DNA of 64,000 bases from an uncultured Nitrososphaeraceae archaeon (GTDB lineage: Archaea > Thermoproteota > Nitrososphaeria > Nitrososphaerales > Nitrososphaeraceae), in assembly GCA_963765895.1 (NCBI GenBank), contig CAVXZB010000032.1, positions 13,015 through 77,014 of the forward strand, written 5' to 3'. The notes beneath the pieces were generated by a model, which saw only the letters and a list, made by a program, of their open reading frames with translations, had not been told where the DNA came from and made no database searches. Both the position numbers and the translations under genes were made by a program. Position 1 is the first letter of the stretch. Each line of letters starts with the position of its first letter. Positions 1 to 9,955 of the stretch are shown here, one piece after another.

Positions 1-1
1 C

Positions 2-727
2 GGACTAACAAATCTAGCCAGAGGACATGCCTTATCGCAAGGCCGCAACTACATTGCACTAGACGATATCCCAATGATTATTAACGTCGTACTCTCCACT
101 GCATCAAAGGAACGTGTAACCATATTTGATCTATTACTTGCACATAATGGTAGGCTTACTGCTTCAGAAATTTCCATGTCGCTAAATATGGCGTCTCCCA
201 CTGCGCGGAGAATTATGCTAGAGCTTTGGGTTCTCAGATTAGTAGACAAAGATAAACCTGAAGACAATACCTCAGCAGAGCAGATATCTCTAAGACCTGA
301 ATTTGAGTGGTTTATAACTGAAGAATTTAGGAAGTTAAGGTATAGTGGCGAGGTAAACAACCAATCTGTTTCACCGAAGATAGGTGAAGGGGTGAAAGAA
401 AAAATACTCCTTAATAGTGAGGATTTTTTACCAGCTGAAAGTTCACCATTACCAGACAAAGAGGCTACATTTTGGAATATATACGATAAATTAGAAGATG
501 AACAGAAAGGATTGGAGGATCACATGGAAGTAGATAAGACCACTGTCGGCGGCTGGGAACTAAAACAGAGGCTTGTTTCTAGCGGAAAATTCCACACCTC
601 AGATGCGGCAATGATGTTAGAGGAAATGGTCAGTAAGGGGGAATTGAAGGAGGTAACAGTTGATACCTATGTCAGACGATCTAATAAAAGCGAAGTAGAC
701 AATACGGAAAGAAAAATTCCCCCTTAG
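2..727 (+). CDS. C-terminal part of a mobile-element replication-type protein (AAA+/MCM-like lid followed by winged helix); 5' end outside the window
   Basis: Frame is open from base 2 (GLTNLARGHALSQGRNYIALDDIPM...), resembling an AAA+ lid. It is followed by the HTH-like LTASEISMSLNMASPTARRIMLEL. Family assignment is by recognition only. Confidence 0.6.
   Translation, partial: GLTNLARGHALSQGRNYIALDDIPMIINVVLSTASKERVTIFDLLLAHNGRLTASEISMSLNMASPTARRIMLELWVLRLVDKDKPEDNTSAEQISLRPEFEWFITEEFRKLRYSGEVNNQSVSPKIGEGVKEKILLNSEDFLPAESSPLPDKEATFWNIYDKLEDEQKGLEDHMEVDKTTVGGWELKQRLVSSGKFHTSDAAMMLEEMVSKGELKEVTVDTYVRRSNKSEVDNTERKIPP
389..419 (+). repeat. Degenerate copy of the ~25-bp island motif inside the replication-type gene
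   Basis: ggggtgaaagaaaaaatactccttaatagtg. Its first 14 nt are the reverse complement of ttttctttcacccc at 9151 and 17570. Confidence 0.65.
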
Positions 728-730
728 TAA
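707..730 (+). repeat. Island motif copy overlapping the stop codon of the replication-type gene
   Basis: gaaagaaaaattcccccttagtaa encodes ERKIPP*. Confidence 0.85.
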
Positions 731-1002
731 AGTAAGAAATATCTCGAGTAAGTAGATTCAGGAATACAGGTCCTTTCATAGAAATTTCTGCTCCAGCTTG
801 AAACTGCTCTGTTATTCCACTGGATGATAATGCAGCAATAGTTAATTCAGATCCACCTGCCTTAATAGATCCATTAAAGCCGTACCAAAAATCACTATAT
901 GTTTTTTTGAAAAAGGAGGAAAGACATCAATTTCTGGTTACTAGCAGGGTAATCAGCAAGAATTCAGTTTTAGACTAGGTGAAATTACGATATGTCCAAC
1001 AT

Positions 1003-3503
1003 TTACTTTGGAAAATAAATGGTTTTTGCTCCAATCGTAGCAACTTCTACTGGAAGATGATCTGTAGTAACAATACTTTCTGCAATTCTAAAGGCTAATG
1101 CTGAAATAGTGAGCGAAGAATTAACTCCTATTGACGTTGGCACTATTCCACCATCAGCTATGTAAAAATCTAGATACGTTTCAGTAAGTGCTCGGCGTCT
1201 CCTTTGTATACTTGACCCAAATTGTTGACTACACCACTGTTTCTATCCTTCCCCATTGAGCATCCACCAAGATTGTGAAGCACTACGGTCAAACTTCCGC
1301 TAGCATTTGCCGAATCCCAAAGTGGAGTAGAAAAACTTGATGATCCGCCTTCTCCTATATGCTTTGCTATTTCCTCCATATTCTTTCTTATCTTCGTAAA
1401 TAGTGGAACCAGTTTATTGGGATCAAAATCTATGTTTAATACATTTAATGCATTCATATCTCTGTTAGGATTATTCTTCCATGAATCTTGGAGCCTAACT
1501 ATTCCATCCGAACTGTCAGTGCCCATCCCAGATAGTAGTAAAGTTTTGGTTAAATCTTCCTCTGAGAATTGGAATGGAAGGCTTGTATTTCCTAATGGAA
1601 TTCCTGAAGGGTTCTGGGTGATCATATTTATTATTGACTGAATGGATCCCAATCCCACAAATCCAAGCAAGCTTCTAAACGAGCTTCCCTGTGATATTAG
1701 CTTGGATATACCTGAGAACATCTTGGGAATGCTGCTATCTTCGATTGTATATACAAAGCCAGGTCCTTCATTAAATTTGATAGCGGATGTTACTATAGGA
1801 CCTCTGGTCGCATAAACATTAGTCTTTGTTGGGTTTACGACTCCAAGCAAGTCTCCGTTTGTAGAATATCCCATACCTAGTCTGCCGCTTAGACTGAGTT
1901 TCTGACCTGCCGTGCGCGTAGTGTTTATAGATTTGAGCAAGATTTCCGTGCTTCCTATTGCCCCTGCTGCAAGAACCAATCTCTTGCAATCCAACGTTCT
2001 TTTTTTACCTCCATCGACTAACCTAAATAATTTTACATCTAACTTGTAAGAATCAGAGCCAATATCCCAACTGAAATTAGTTCGTTTCCATTCTCTTGCT
2101 CCAAAATCTGTATAGTATACTCTGTAGCGATAGGTACCAGTAGTTAATGGTTCTATGTCATAGACTTCACTTAACGCGCGAATCTCAAGGTGTTTCTTTT
2201 TGGTCGGATGATTCAAGTAATCAAATAATTTTCTGCTATTAAGGTGACGCGCCAATGGAATACATCCAATTACACATCGACCTTGTCTCTCACACACATT
2301 TGACTCCGAAGAAAACTTTCTCACAAAAGCAGCCAATTTTTCTTGAGTATTTGAATTGGTCTTGATATTATCTAATACACTTGAGTAGGAATAGTTACCT
2401 GTTGAATCTAAGAAATATGATGCTTTATTAAATAATGTTACCTCGTCTTCTCTATATGGAATATCAGTTATAGATAGATCTACAGCAAAAATATCTTCAA
2501 CGGTATTTTGGTCAGGATCTAAATGATCGAATGTAGTCTCATTGGTAACTATTCCTGGATTTTCTTTTCTTATTTTCTCTGCAGCGTCTTGAAAAGCCTT
2601 TGTCTTTGGTAACTTGTAACTACTCAGCCCCGAGGTAGTTGTGATTTTATTTACACCAATGAATCCTTTTGCCATTTCAAAATAGAGCGATAGATTATTG
2701 TGATCGATTCCAAGATGGAGTTCACCATCCCATCTGTCGATCACGTTATCATTTGGCTTTTCGGTAACATTTGCGTAAACTAAAGAACCACCACCTACTC
2801 CGCTAGCGGAGAGCGTGTGAACATTTTTAGAAATCCTATAATCGTACAGGCCTCTTCTATCAATGACACGCAATGTATTCAAAAACTTCGTGAGTCCATC
2901 GACGTTATCCGGGTATGCCCAAGTCCTGTAAGGAATATCATTTGCTTCTAAGTATTCCCTCATTCCAAGCCTATATTTTGTGGAATCCGTATTCTTCTGT
3001 TCATTGAAACCTTTAGTGATTGGCACTTCGTGACTAGTCCACCATTGCCCACGCTCAAGAAGAATTACTTTTCTCTTGTTAGAATCTGGCACGAGCTTAT
3101 CCTCTTCATGAAGTTGATTAACTAATGACAACGATACAATTGTGCCCCCAAATCCTGAACCTATTACTACTGCCTCACATTTATCTAGTTCACCAGGGTG
3201 GTCTAATGGCGTAAATGGTATGGTAATGATCCCTGTCTCGTGAAGTTGATGACCATTCCGGTCAAAGATGTTAAGATATAAATCTGGCTCACTATTTGGT
3301 GATTCCCAAAATTCTCCAGGTCTCTTGAAGTCATCTTTCGTAAAAGCTATACTAAACGTTCCATCATCAAGTGTTATCGAACTACCTAGTGGATCATCTC
3401 CTAAGAGATCAGTAACAGGATCTTTATCAAAGATCTTTATTGTATAGTAAGAAAGCCCACTGCTAGCAGCATCAGTTAGTTTTCCCTTCAATTGAAACGA
3501 CAT
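1003..3503 (-). CDS. GMC oxidoreductase (cholesterol-oxidase-like) with an extra N-terminal domain; frameshift near 1190
   Basis: VVIGSGFGG FAD motif, ILLERG, GVGGGSLVYAN, LAAGAIGSTEILL and HNLGGC. The C-terminus (YIADGGIVPTSIGVNSSLTISALAFRIAE...FPK*) lies in a shifted frame ending at 1003. Likely start is MSFQLK at 3503. Confidence 0.85.
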
Positions 3504-3844
3504 GCAGGTTATCTTCCACTTCCAATATAAAAGAATTTTATATTCAAGTTTATAGTTGCCTTGCAAGCCCTTGGCGCAAACTCTCTTAACTCGTCTCCAT
3601 AATCAATGTCAGTAGTTTTACCACTATGTTTTCGTGTAATTTATCCAATTTCGTTCTCATTGACTCGGTAAGATATGATACCTCAAGATGATTTTTCCCA
3701 ATCTTCGCAATTATTTGACTATTCCACACATTTGAACATCCGATTCAATAATCCCGCTTAATCATCTTGTTCAATGAAACTCGTGTCTTATGAGATAGTT
3801 CGATTCTGTGTTGATACCAGATTAAACCTACTGCTGCTCCTAGT

Positions 3845-4297
3845 CTACCGACTATGCTCCAGAATATGACAGGCAGCAGTCGGAAAATCGCCTTTCCAAA
3901 CACCATAAAAGCCAAACGGTTTGTAGTAGAAGGCAATCCAGTCATAAAGGCTGTTAGTTTTGCCTTTTTGATTCCATAGTGATTGGTGATGTAGGTACAA
4001 TTTTTCGATTCCCCATACAGGCGTATCCATTACAACTGTAGAGATTAGGAAGGCAGCCAGAAACATTTCTATCTTCGTAGGAAAGAATAACAGCATAAAC
4101 AAGGCAGGTATGAAATGTCCCAATATGTTCCAAGGCTGATATGTTCGATCACCTCCAAAAAGATCACCTAGTCCATCTAAACTATCGGCATAATCGAACC
4201 AAGCGCCATAGGCTATTGCAACAGTTATGACTATTGCTAACACCTTTACAGTCCAAGTGTGATCGTTAAGAAAATACTTTGCAACACCGTCGCTCAT
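3845..4297 (-). CDS. Hypothetical membrane protein, probably frameshifted near its 3' end
   Basis: 150-aa ORF with several hydrophobic segments; the overlapping ORF 3745-3945 carries a plausible final transmembrane helix. Confidence 0.6.
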   Translation of the reverse strand: MSDGVAKYFLNDHTWTVKVLAIVITVAIAYGAWFDYADSLDGLGDLFGGDRTYQPWNILGHFIPALFMLLFFPTKIEMFLAAFLISTVVMDTPVWGIEKLYLHHQSLWNQKGKTNSLYDWIAFYYKPFGFYGVWKGDFPTAACHILEHSR

Positions 4298-4551
4298 CTT
4301 GCCCTCTTCTCATAGGGTACTTTATCAAAGTTGTGCATGTTTTGTATATTAGAATGAGACTATTTTTGCCTCGCTGAGGACTATATTACTTATTCACAAT
4401 TTCTCCCTTTTGATCTCTATTTGGGTTTCTATCTAATTTCCTGACTATATTTAACAATTCCCTCAAGATATCCAGATATCCAGAATCTACATTTTCTAAT
4501 TAAGTAAAAATCAGAAATGTAGGTCATGTTACTGCACAAATTCGAAAGATG

Positions 4552-4717
4552 GTGACGGTAGTGATGGCTCTGACGGCTCTAGAGACAGTGCCCGTGATAT
4601 TAATGATAATAATGCCAAGGTAGTGGCCGCATCAAATCAACAGGATACTGGTCCTAATATCATAGATAAAGTTCAGGGCATTACTCCAGGAGCCGTCACA
4701 GCCGTCATTGCCGTCAC
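4552..4717. repeat. ~28-bp inverted repeat built from three 9-bp units per arm
   Basis: gtgacggta-gtgatggct-ctgacggct (from 4552) versus gagccgtcacagccgtcattgccgtcac (4690-4717); about 4 mismatches. Confidence 0.8.
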
Positions 4718-4860
4718 TTCTGTGGTTTCTGAAATAATAACTCGGTACAACAGATATCCCTGAAACCAGAGTCTAACTGGCTTATAACAGAAGAGTTTAG
4801 GAGACTAAGGGATGATAATAAAAGGAAGTCAGAGCGACTCTTCGAAGATAGATGAAGGGC

Positions 4861-4886
4861 TAAAAGAAAAAATTTCTCTTAGTAGT
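4861..4886 (+). repeat. Degenerate island motif copy
   Basis: taaaagaaaaaatttctcttagtagt, at the position equivalent to 393-418. Confidence 0.6.
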
Positions 4887-5174
4887 CAGAATTTTTTAGC
4901 ATCTGACAATCCATGGCCTTCAGCAGACAAGGTGGCCGCGTTTATGAAAATATATGATGAAGTAGAAGATGAGCAGAACAAGTTAACAAATTGCATGGAA
5001 GTAGATAAAACCACTGTAGGGGGTCAAGAATTAAAGCAGAGACTTGTTTCTAGCGGATTTTTCACCACTTCGGATGCACAGATGATGATTGAGGAAATGG
5101 TCCATCAGGCGAATTGAAGATGGTATCTTATGACACCTATGTCAGAGGATCTGGTAAAAAGAAAGAGGACAATG

Positions 5175-5200
5175 CTGAAAGAAAAAATCCCCCTTAGTAG
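5175..5200 (+). repeat. Island motif copy
   Basis: ctgaaagaaaaaatcccccttagtag. Confidence 0.85.
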
Positions 5201-5424
5201 CCATGAATAAAGCAAATTCTGGATGTGTAGGCAGATGAGGCGCGCATCCCTATAGTCCTGAATGCTGCCTTAATGATATCTATACAGAGAACACTAAATC
5301 GATCAAAGTGGATATCATTAGGAATCTGTCAGGCTATGCTAAATAATGAGACCGTTAATTGGATGAGCACATTTAGAAAACTTGGTTTGAACGCATGATA
5401 ATCTCGCATAAAAATAATCAAGGA

Positions 5425-5489
5425 CAAGGGGGTAAATTTCTTTCATCTGCTTCTTGAGTGCGCTGAAAGAAAAATTACCCCTTAGTAGT
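5425..5489. repeat. Inverted pair of the island motif (site A)
   Basis: caagggggtaaatttctttca, 18-bp spacer, tgaaagaaaaattaccccttagtagt. Confidence 0.9.
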
Positions 5490-5584
5490 GCTAATTAATT
5501 CGACCTGACTTTAAGCCGCTACTTATCCAGTTATATCTTTGGGCTTTCCTGTTACACCGTTCTTTGCTCTGAGTGTTTCAATAT

Positions 5585-6379
5585 CTATAATCCATTCAAT
5601 ATCTGGACTACTCTTTCATATACGTCTCTATGTTCTAGCAGATCAAAGTGTATATAGGGTACCGGTTGGCCTAATTGGGTGTAATGATAACGAGGACTTG
5701 ACTCGGCACTATAAACTGGTACCAAATAATCATCTTTGCCTGGGATAAAACAATTACCTCCGTCTGGTACCGATACCCATACAGTGCCAGACAAACACAT
5801 ATCCGGTATCCAATTTCCAGCAATAGCATAATAGTGGGTACTTTGAGGTCGATCTACTACCGTAGTAGCAGCTGACCCCGGAATTAAATCTCTGTCAGAA
5901 TTGAAAGGGCACCCTGTGATGTCTATCCACGCCGCAGGCGAACCAGAATTTGGAGTTCCAATCATAATTAGATTTGCTACTTTATTAGCGCCACCATGTG
6001 CAATATACCATCTTGCATCTAGACCACCTTTGCTATGTGCAACAATATTGACCTTCTCACTACCAGTATCATGCAGAATTTTATTTACCATAATGCTTAA
6101 TTCAGTTGCATGTTCTGCAACGGATCCACATTCGTCATTTCTGTATGTTATTGCACTGAATGTTATTGGATATACCCTCGAAAAGTTATCAGCCCCCAAC
6201 CAGTCTGTCCATGTATTCCAAACTCCGGAATCCTCGCCGTAACCGTGTATCAATAGAATGGGCAGTCGATTGGAATTAGGCTGTTGAGCATTTACTGAAA
6301 GAAATGAGCCGCCGGCGACTGTAAGGGAGCAAATTGATGCTAGTGCAACTAGACTTATTCTTAACGTCTTTGTTTTCAT
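5585..6379 (-). CDS. Secreted alpha/beta-hydrolase (lipase/esterase)
   Basis: Signal-peptide-like MKTKTLRISLVALAS..., PILLIHGY oxyanion motif, VAHSKGG nucleophile elbow and IGTPNSGS. Confidence 0.88.
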   Translation of the reverse strand: MKTKTLRISLVALASICSLTVAGGSFLSVNAQQPNSNRLPILLIHGYGEDSGVWNTWTDWLGADNFSRVYPITFSAITYRNDECGSVAEHATELSIMVNKILHDTGSEKVNIVAHSKGGLDARWYIAHGGANKVANLIMIGTPNSGSPAAWIDITGCPFNSDRDLIPGSAATTVVDRPQSTHYYAIAGNWIPDMCLSGTVWVSVPDGGNCFIPGKDDYLVPVYSAESSPRYHYTQLGQPVPYIHFDLLEHRDVYERVVQILNGL

Positions 6380-6424
6380 GATCACAAATAATTGCCTAAT
6401 CCTTGTACTCAATTTAATTGTATA

Positions 6425-6499
6425 CAAAGGGGTAATTTTTCTTTCAGCTAAATTACTTATTAGTAAAAGCATTGAAAGAAATTTACCCCCTTAGTAGTA
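6425..6499. repeat. Inverted pair of the island motif (site B)
   Basis: caaaggggtaatttttctttca, 26-bp spacer, tgaaagaaatttacccccttagtagta. Confidence 0.9.
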
Positions 6500-6679
6500 A
6501 GAAATTAAATGTGATTACAATTAGAAGAGGAATTAATTATGACAGGCCACAACCAAAGATTTGATCCTCTGGGTACGATCTGACTCAAACCTATAACACC
6601 GATTTTTATAACAAATCACAGAAAGAAGAACATAACTTTTTCGTTAATTTATTCCAGCATGTAAATGGTTACCGTTCTA

Positions 6680-7639
6680 CTATTGTCTTATCTTTGAAGG
6701 CTTGTCCATCATGTCTGAGAGATTCTTGAAATAAGTACTGGCATTATTGACTTTGCCATCCTCACGATTTATTATCTCCAAGGACGATGACAAAGGAATT
6801 CCTAGGTAACCCACCATGTAACCAGACTGAGCATCTGCATCCCATGCTCCACACCAAAGCTCCAAAGTCCATGGATCTGTTGATGATAATCCAACAAGTT
6901 TACCAGGCAAATAGTCATTAGGATCTTCAAATATTGCATTTCCAGTCAAATACATAGAATACAGCATCCGAATAGAAAATCTTCGAGGACTAATGTTCGA
7001 CATCGTCTCTATACGTGACTTTATTGCCGCAATTTCGATTTCATTTGTAGTCTTTGTAAGGTCAGCCTGAAGCTTCGCAACACGTTCCCTCCATACACCT
7101 GAAAGGTCTAAGATTCCAGTTGCTTCTTCAATTTCCCCCGGGCTGACACTTTGGAAAATTGCTTGAAGTCGTTTGAATTTATCTTGATCTTGATCAGTCA
7201 ATGGTGGAAATCTCATGTCATCATCAAATTTACGCTGGATATTGAAACTGCGACTATCGAGGTCCTTCTTTACTTGTATATGTACTGGAAATATTGCTTC
7301 TGCGCCGGGTTCAGTCAATATAGTATTTCTACCCTCGAATTTTGGCTCATCTAAAAAGTCTACCAAGGCTCCGATGAGAGGATGATCATCTATCCTGTGT
7401 TGATCAACGTAAACTGAAACCACCTTTACACCAATCAAGGGACAATATGAACGTTGAATAACGCCAGAAGATGGTTGGAGTCTAATAATTCTATCCAAAT
7501 CTGGTTCTCCTGCCACAGCATGTACATATCCATCTACGCCTCTAGGTTCGTCTGTGGGGTCTGGATCTGTTGCAAGACGACATTGAAACCATCCTGCGAA
7601 TTTTAATACTAAGGAAGTTGCTGCGTTTACCGTTGTCAT
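6680..7639 (-). CDS. Conserved hypothetical protein, partner of the ferritin-like gene
   Basis: 319-aa ORF starting 5 bp after the ferritin-like stop codon; FAGWFQCRLATDPDP motif. Confidence 0.75.
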   Translation of the reverse strand: MTTVNAATSLVLKFAGWFQCRLATDPDPTDEPRGVDGYVHAVAGEPDLDRIIRLQPSSGVIQRSYCPLIGVKVVSVYVDQHRIDDHPLIGALVDFLDEPKFEGRNTILTEPGAEAIFPVHIQVKKDLDSRSFNIQRKFDDDMRFPPLTDQDQDKFKRLQAIFQSVSPGEIEEATGILDLSGVWRERVAKLQADLTKTTNEIEIAAIKSRIETMSNISPRRFSIRMLYSMYLTGNAIFEDPNDYLPGKLVGLSSTDPWTLELWCGAWDADAQSGYMVGYLGIPLSSSLEIINREDGKVNNASTYFKNLSDMMDKPSKIRQ

Positions 7640-7644
7640 TGTAC

Positions 7645-8913
7645 TTATAACTTCTCCTCCAAGGCCAAAGTTTTTTCTATGTTTTGTTTTAATAGTAATA
7701 GATTTTCAGAAACAAAGTTTAATCTTTGATTAACCGATGATAGTGCCTTAGCTTCATTTGCAACTGCATCAAGCCCCTCCTTAACAATAATCCATCTGCT
7801 TGACTGTTGAGTCGATATCTGCAGACTTCCATAAAGTTCAAATGTTGGTCCAGCATTTCCGTCGTGACTATTATTAGAAGTTGTCGCCGGCATTTCCGTT
7901 AAAATTTCAGCCATTGGTCGCAATACCGAAGTCATAAACTGCCGCGATGAATGCCTTAATGTATCACGTTGTTGCGCTATCTCTCCTCCAAAAGAATATA
8001 ATTGTGATAACAGCAGCAGGACTATCTCATAACATTCATTAAATAACTCGGCAACCCTTTTAGCAGAATCGTTATCTATAAGAGTAGTTCCTTGTGTAGT
8101 TGGCGCGTCTCGATGAAATTTACGAGTACGTGGATTAGGAACGACTGGACGCGAGGGGTCAAAGTCTGGTCGGCGGTGAATTTGCTCATCTAATTCAGTA
8201 CGCATTTTCAAAAAGGTATCGTAATGGGATCCCTCTCGGTGTCCAGGAGAGCCTTCTCCAGAACATACGATTGAATCAATTGCTTGATTGGCAGTCTGCC
8301 TATCTACTACTCGCAATACGCTAATTCTCTCAGACCATTCGTCGCTGTCATCTTCCTGACCAGCTTTTGGTCCTATGAATAGTGTATCTTCAGGAATAGT
8401 ATTAAACCCCTCTCGGACTTTACGATAAAGCTCTCCTACATATTCATATTCTAGCGGATCTGGAGACACATTAAATAATGCCGCTAACATCTTGCTATCA
8501 ATTTTCTTAAGCAGTGGATCTCTTATTTGTGGTGGCTTAGGAGGCTGTTCATCTTTTGGTAATTCAAAACGAATGAAACGATATAACGTTTCATCTGAAA
8601 ATCGACTCAGTGTAAAGCTAAATGGATAATACTTGTCAGCTTCTTGAGGAAAATTAGGGCGTGTGAAGTGCGGCCCTGCACCAATAGAACAAAGAAGATT
8701 GCATACCGTACCAAGATGAACCATTTCTTCGCGTGCGACTGTCAGTATTTGCCCTTCCCATTTTCTAATTAACTCCTGCTGTTCACCAGTAATACCTTCC
8801 TCAAGGCGTTTTTTCAGAGAAAACGCTGCGAACAGATATTGAATAAGCAAACCATGTTCGAGCTCCGCGGCCTCGTAGAGGGCATATGTCAGTTCCTCTC
8901 TTGTATCAATCAA
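7645..8913 (-). CDS. Ferritin-like domain protein (VioB/RebD C-terminal-like)
   Basis: AAELEHGLLIQYLFAAFSL, AREEMVHLGTVCNLL, FIRFELP, VGELY and GEG...SHY motifs. Confidence 0.85.
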   Translation of the reverse strand: MIDTREELTYALYEAAELEHGLLIQYLFAAFSLKKRLEEGITGEQQELIRKWEGQILTVAREEMVHLGTVCNLLCSIGAGPHFTRPNFPQEADKYYPFSFTLSRFSDETLYRFIRFELPKDEQPPKPPQIRDPLLKKIDSKMLAALFNVSPDPLEYEYVGELYRKVREGFNTIPEDTLFIGPKAGQEDDSDEWSERISVLRVVDRQTANQAIDSIVCSGEGSPGHREGSHYDTFLKMRTELDEQIHRRPDFDPSRPVVPNPRTRKFHRDAPTTQGTTLIDNDSAKRVAELFNECYEIVLLLLSQLYSFGGEIAQQRDTLRHSSRQFMTSVLRPMAEILTEMPATTSNNSHDGNAGPTFELYGSLQISTQQSSRWIIVKEGLDAVANEAKALSSVNQRLNFVSENLLLLKQNIEKTLALEEKL

Positions 8914-9000
8914 TTATTAGTAACCTCTACCAATGTATGATGGTAGCAACTAATAAAGTTAGAATATGAATATGTAGTGTATTTAGCCAGAGCATCACTC

Positions 9001-9023
9001 AAGAGAATTTCCCCCTTAGCAGT
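9001..9023 (+). repeat. Degenerate single island motif copy
   Basis: aagagaatttcccccttagcagt. Confidence 0.7.
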
Positions 9024-9137
9024 GAAAGTTTTAGTTCAGGTATAGGATAGAAGAATAATATGAAGATTAATCAAATTAATATCAGTCATGAGATAATATT
9101 AACACTGATTCATAATACCGCTAATAAAATAATGATA

Positions 9138-9196
9138 TACAAGGGGTAACTTTTCTTTCACCCCCTCACAGAAAGAAATTTACCCCCTTAGTAGTA
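9138..9196. repeat. Inverted pair of the island motif (site C)
   Basis: tacaaggggtaacttttctttca, ~10-bp spacer, gaaagaaatttacccccttagtagta. Confidence 0.9.
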
Positions 9197-9423
9197 ACAG
9201 TATTGAATGTATTTTGTAGAAAACTAAAACTAAAATTAAATACTGCATTCATAGGTCGATGCAAATAGTAAGAATTTTTTAATCTCCATTTAAATTATAA
9301 TTAGATAGAACCAGAATGAAGTAAGAAACCATAAATATTTGACTCACAAATAATTCAGCATGAATCCCCAATTAATTGCAAATTTAGTGCTCGCATAAGA
9401 GTCTGTTAATTATATTTCCAATT

Positions 9424-9813
9424 GTGTTAATCATCATCCAAACTTTACAACCTGTTAACGTATTGGCTTTCCCAAGTGCAAAAATAATACCGATCTCGAT
9501 AGAAGTACCGAGACCGCCTTATTCCGAAGGTATAGTTGTTGGGGCAGTAGCATCCAATATAATCAGTAATTACAATTCGAATCCCGAAGCCTCACCTTCT
9601 CTTGAAATACAGACTTTAATCGATAAACTTTCTGAGAACAAATTAGCTTCAAATAACGAAATAAATCCAATAACTACAATGGATCCTGAAATCCGATCAT
9701 TACTTGAAGAGCCTTCATCCGGTAAACCAAACTTAGGTGCAGAGGAACATCCATTTGGTGAACCAAACTTAGGTGCAGAGGAGGAGTCTCACCTCCCTCG
9801 CGCTCCTCTTTAA
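9424..9813 (+). CDS. Hypothetical, possibly secreted protein with a duplicated GxPNLGAEE repeat
   Basis: 129-aa ORF with an internal ~39-bp tandem repeat at about 9715-9785; start uncertain. Confidence 0.5.
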   Translation: MLIIIQTLQPVNVLAFPSAKIIPISIEVPRPPYSEGIVVGAVASNIISNYNSNPEASPSLEIQTLIDKLSENKLASNNEINPITTMDPEIRSLLEEPSSGKPNLGAEEHPFGEPNLGAEEESHLPRAPL

Positions 9814-9955
9814 CTTATGTAATACTCCCCATGAGATCCGGTGAATGTTATCTGTTGTGACTAGTAACTACAATCAGTAAAGATCTTATTCCATTCTTCT
9901 ATTATTATAACGAAGATTATTGCCGTTACATGCCAATTAATTAAACACACAACCC

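Larger units (their letters stand above)
4751..5200 (+). pseudogene. Diverged, frameshifted duplicate of the 3' tail (281-730) of the replication-type gene
   Basis: QISLKPESNWLITEEFRRLR versus QISLRPEFEWFITEEFRKLR, and MEVDKTTVGGQELKQRLVSSG versus MEVDKTTVGGWELKQRLVSSG. It ends in the same motif. Confidence 0.85.

Noticed and set aside
281-5200. Diversity-generating retroelement TR/VR pair
   Set aside because: Differences between the two tails are not adenine-specific and no reverse transcriptase is present.
5425-9196. Orc1/Cdc6 origin recognition boxes
   Set aside because: A G-string is present, but the TCCA..GAAAC core and its orientation relative to the G-string do not match, and no cdc6 gene is in the window.
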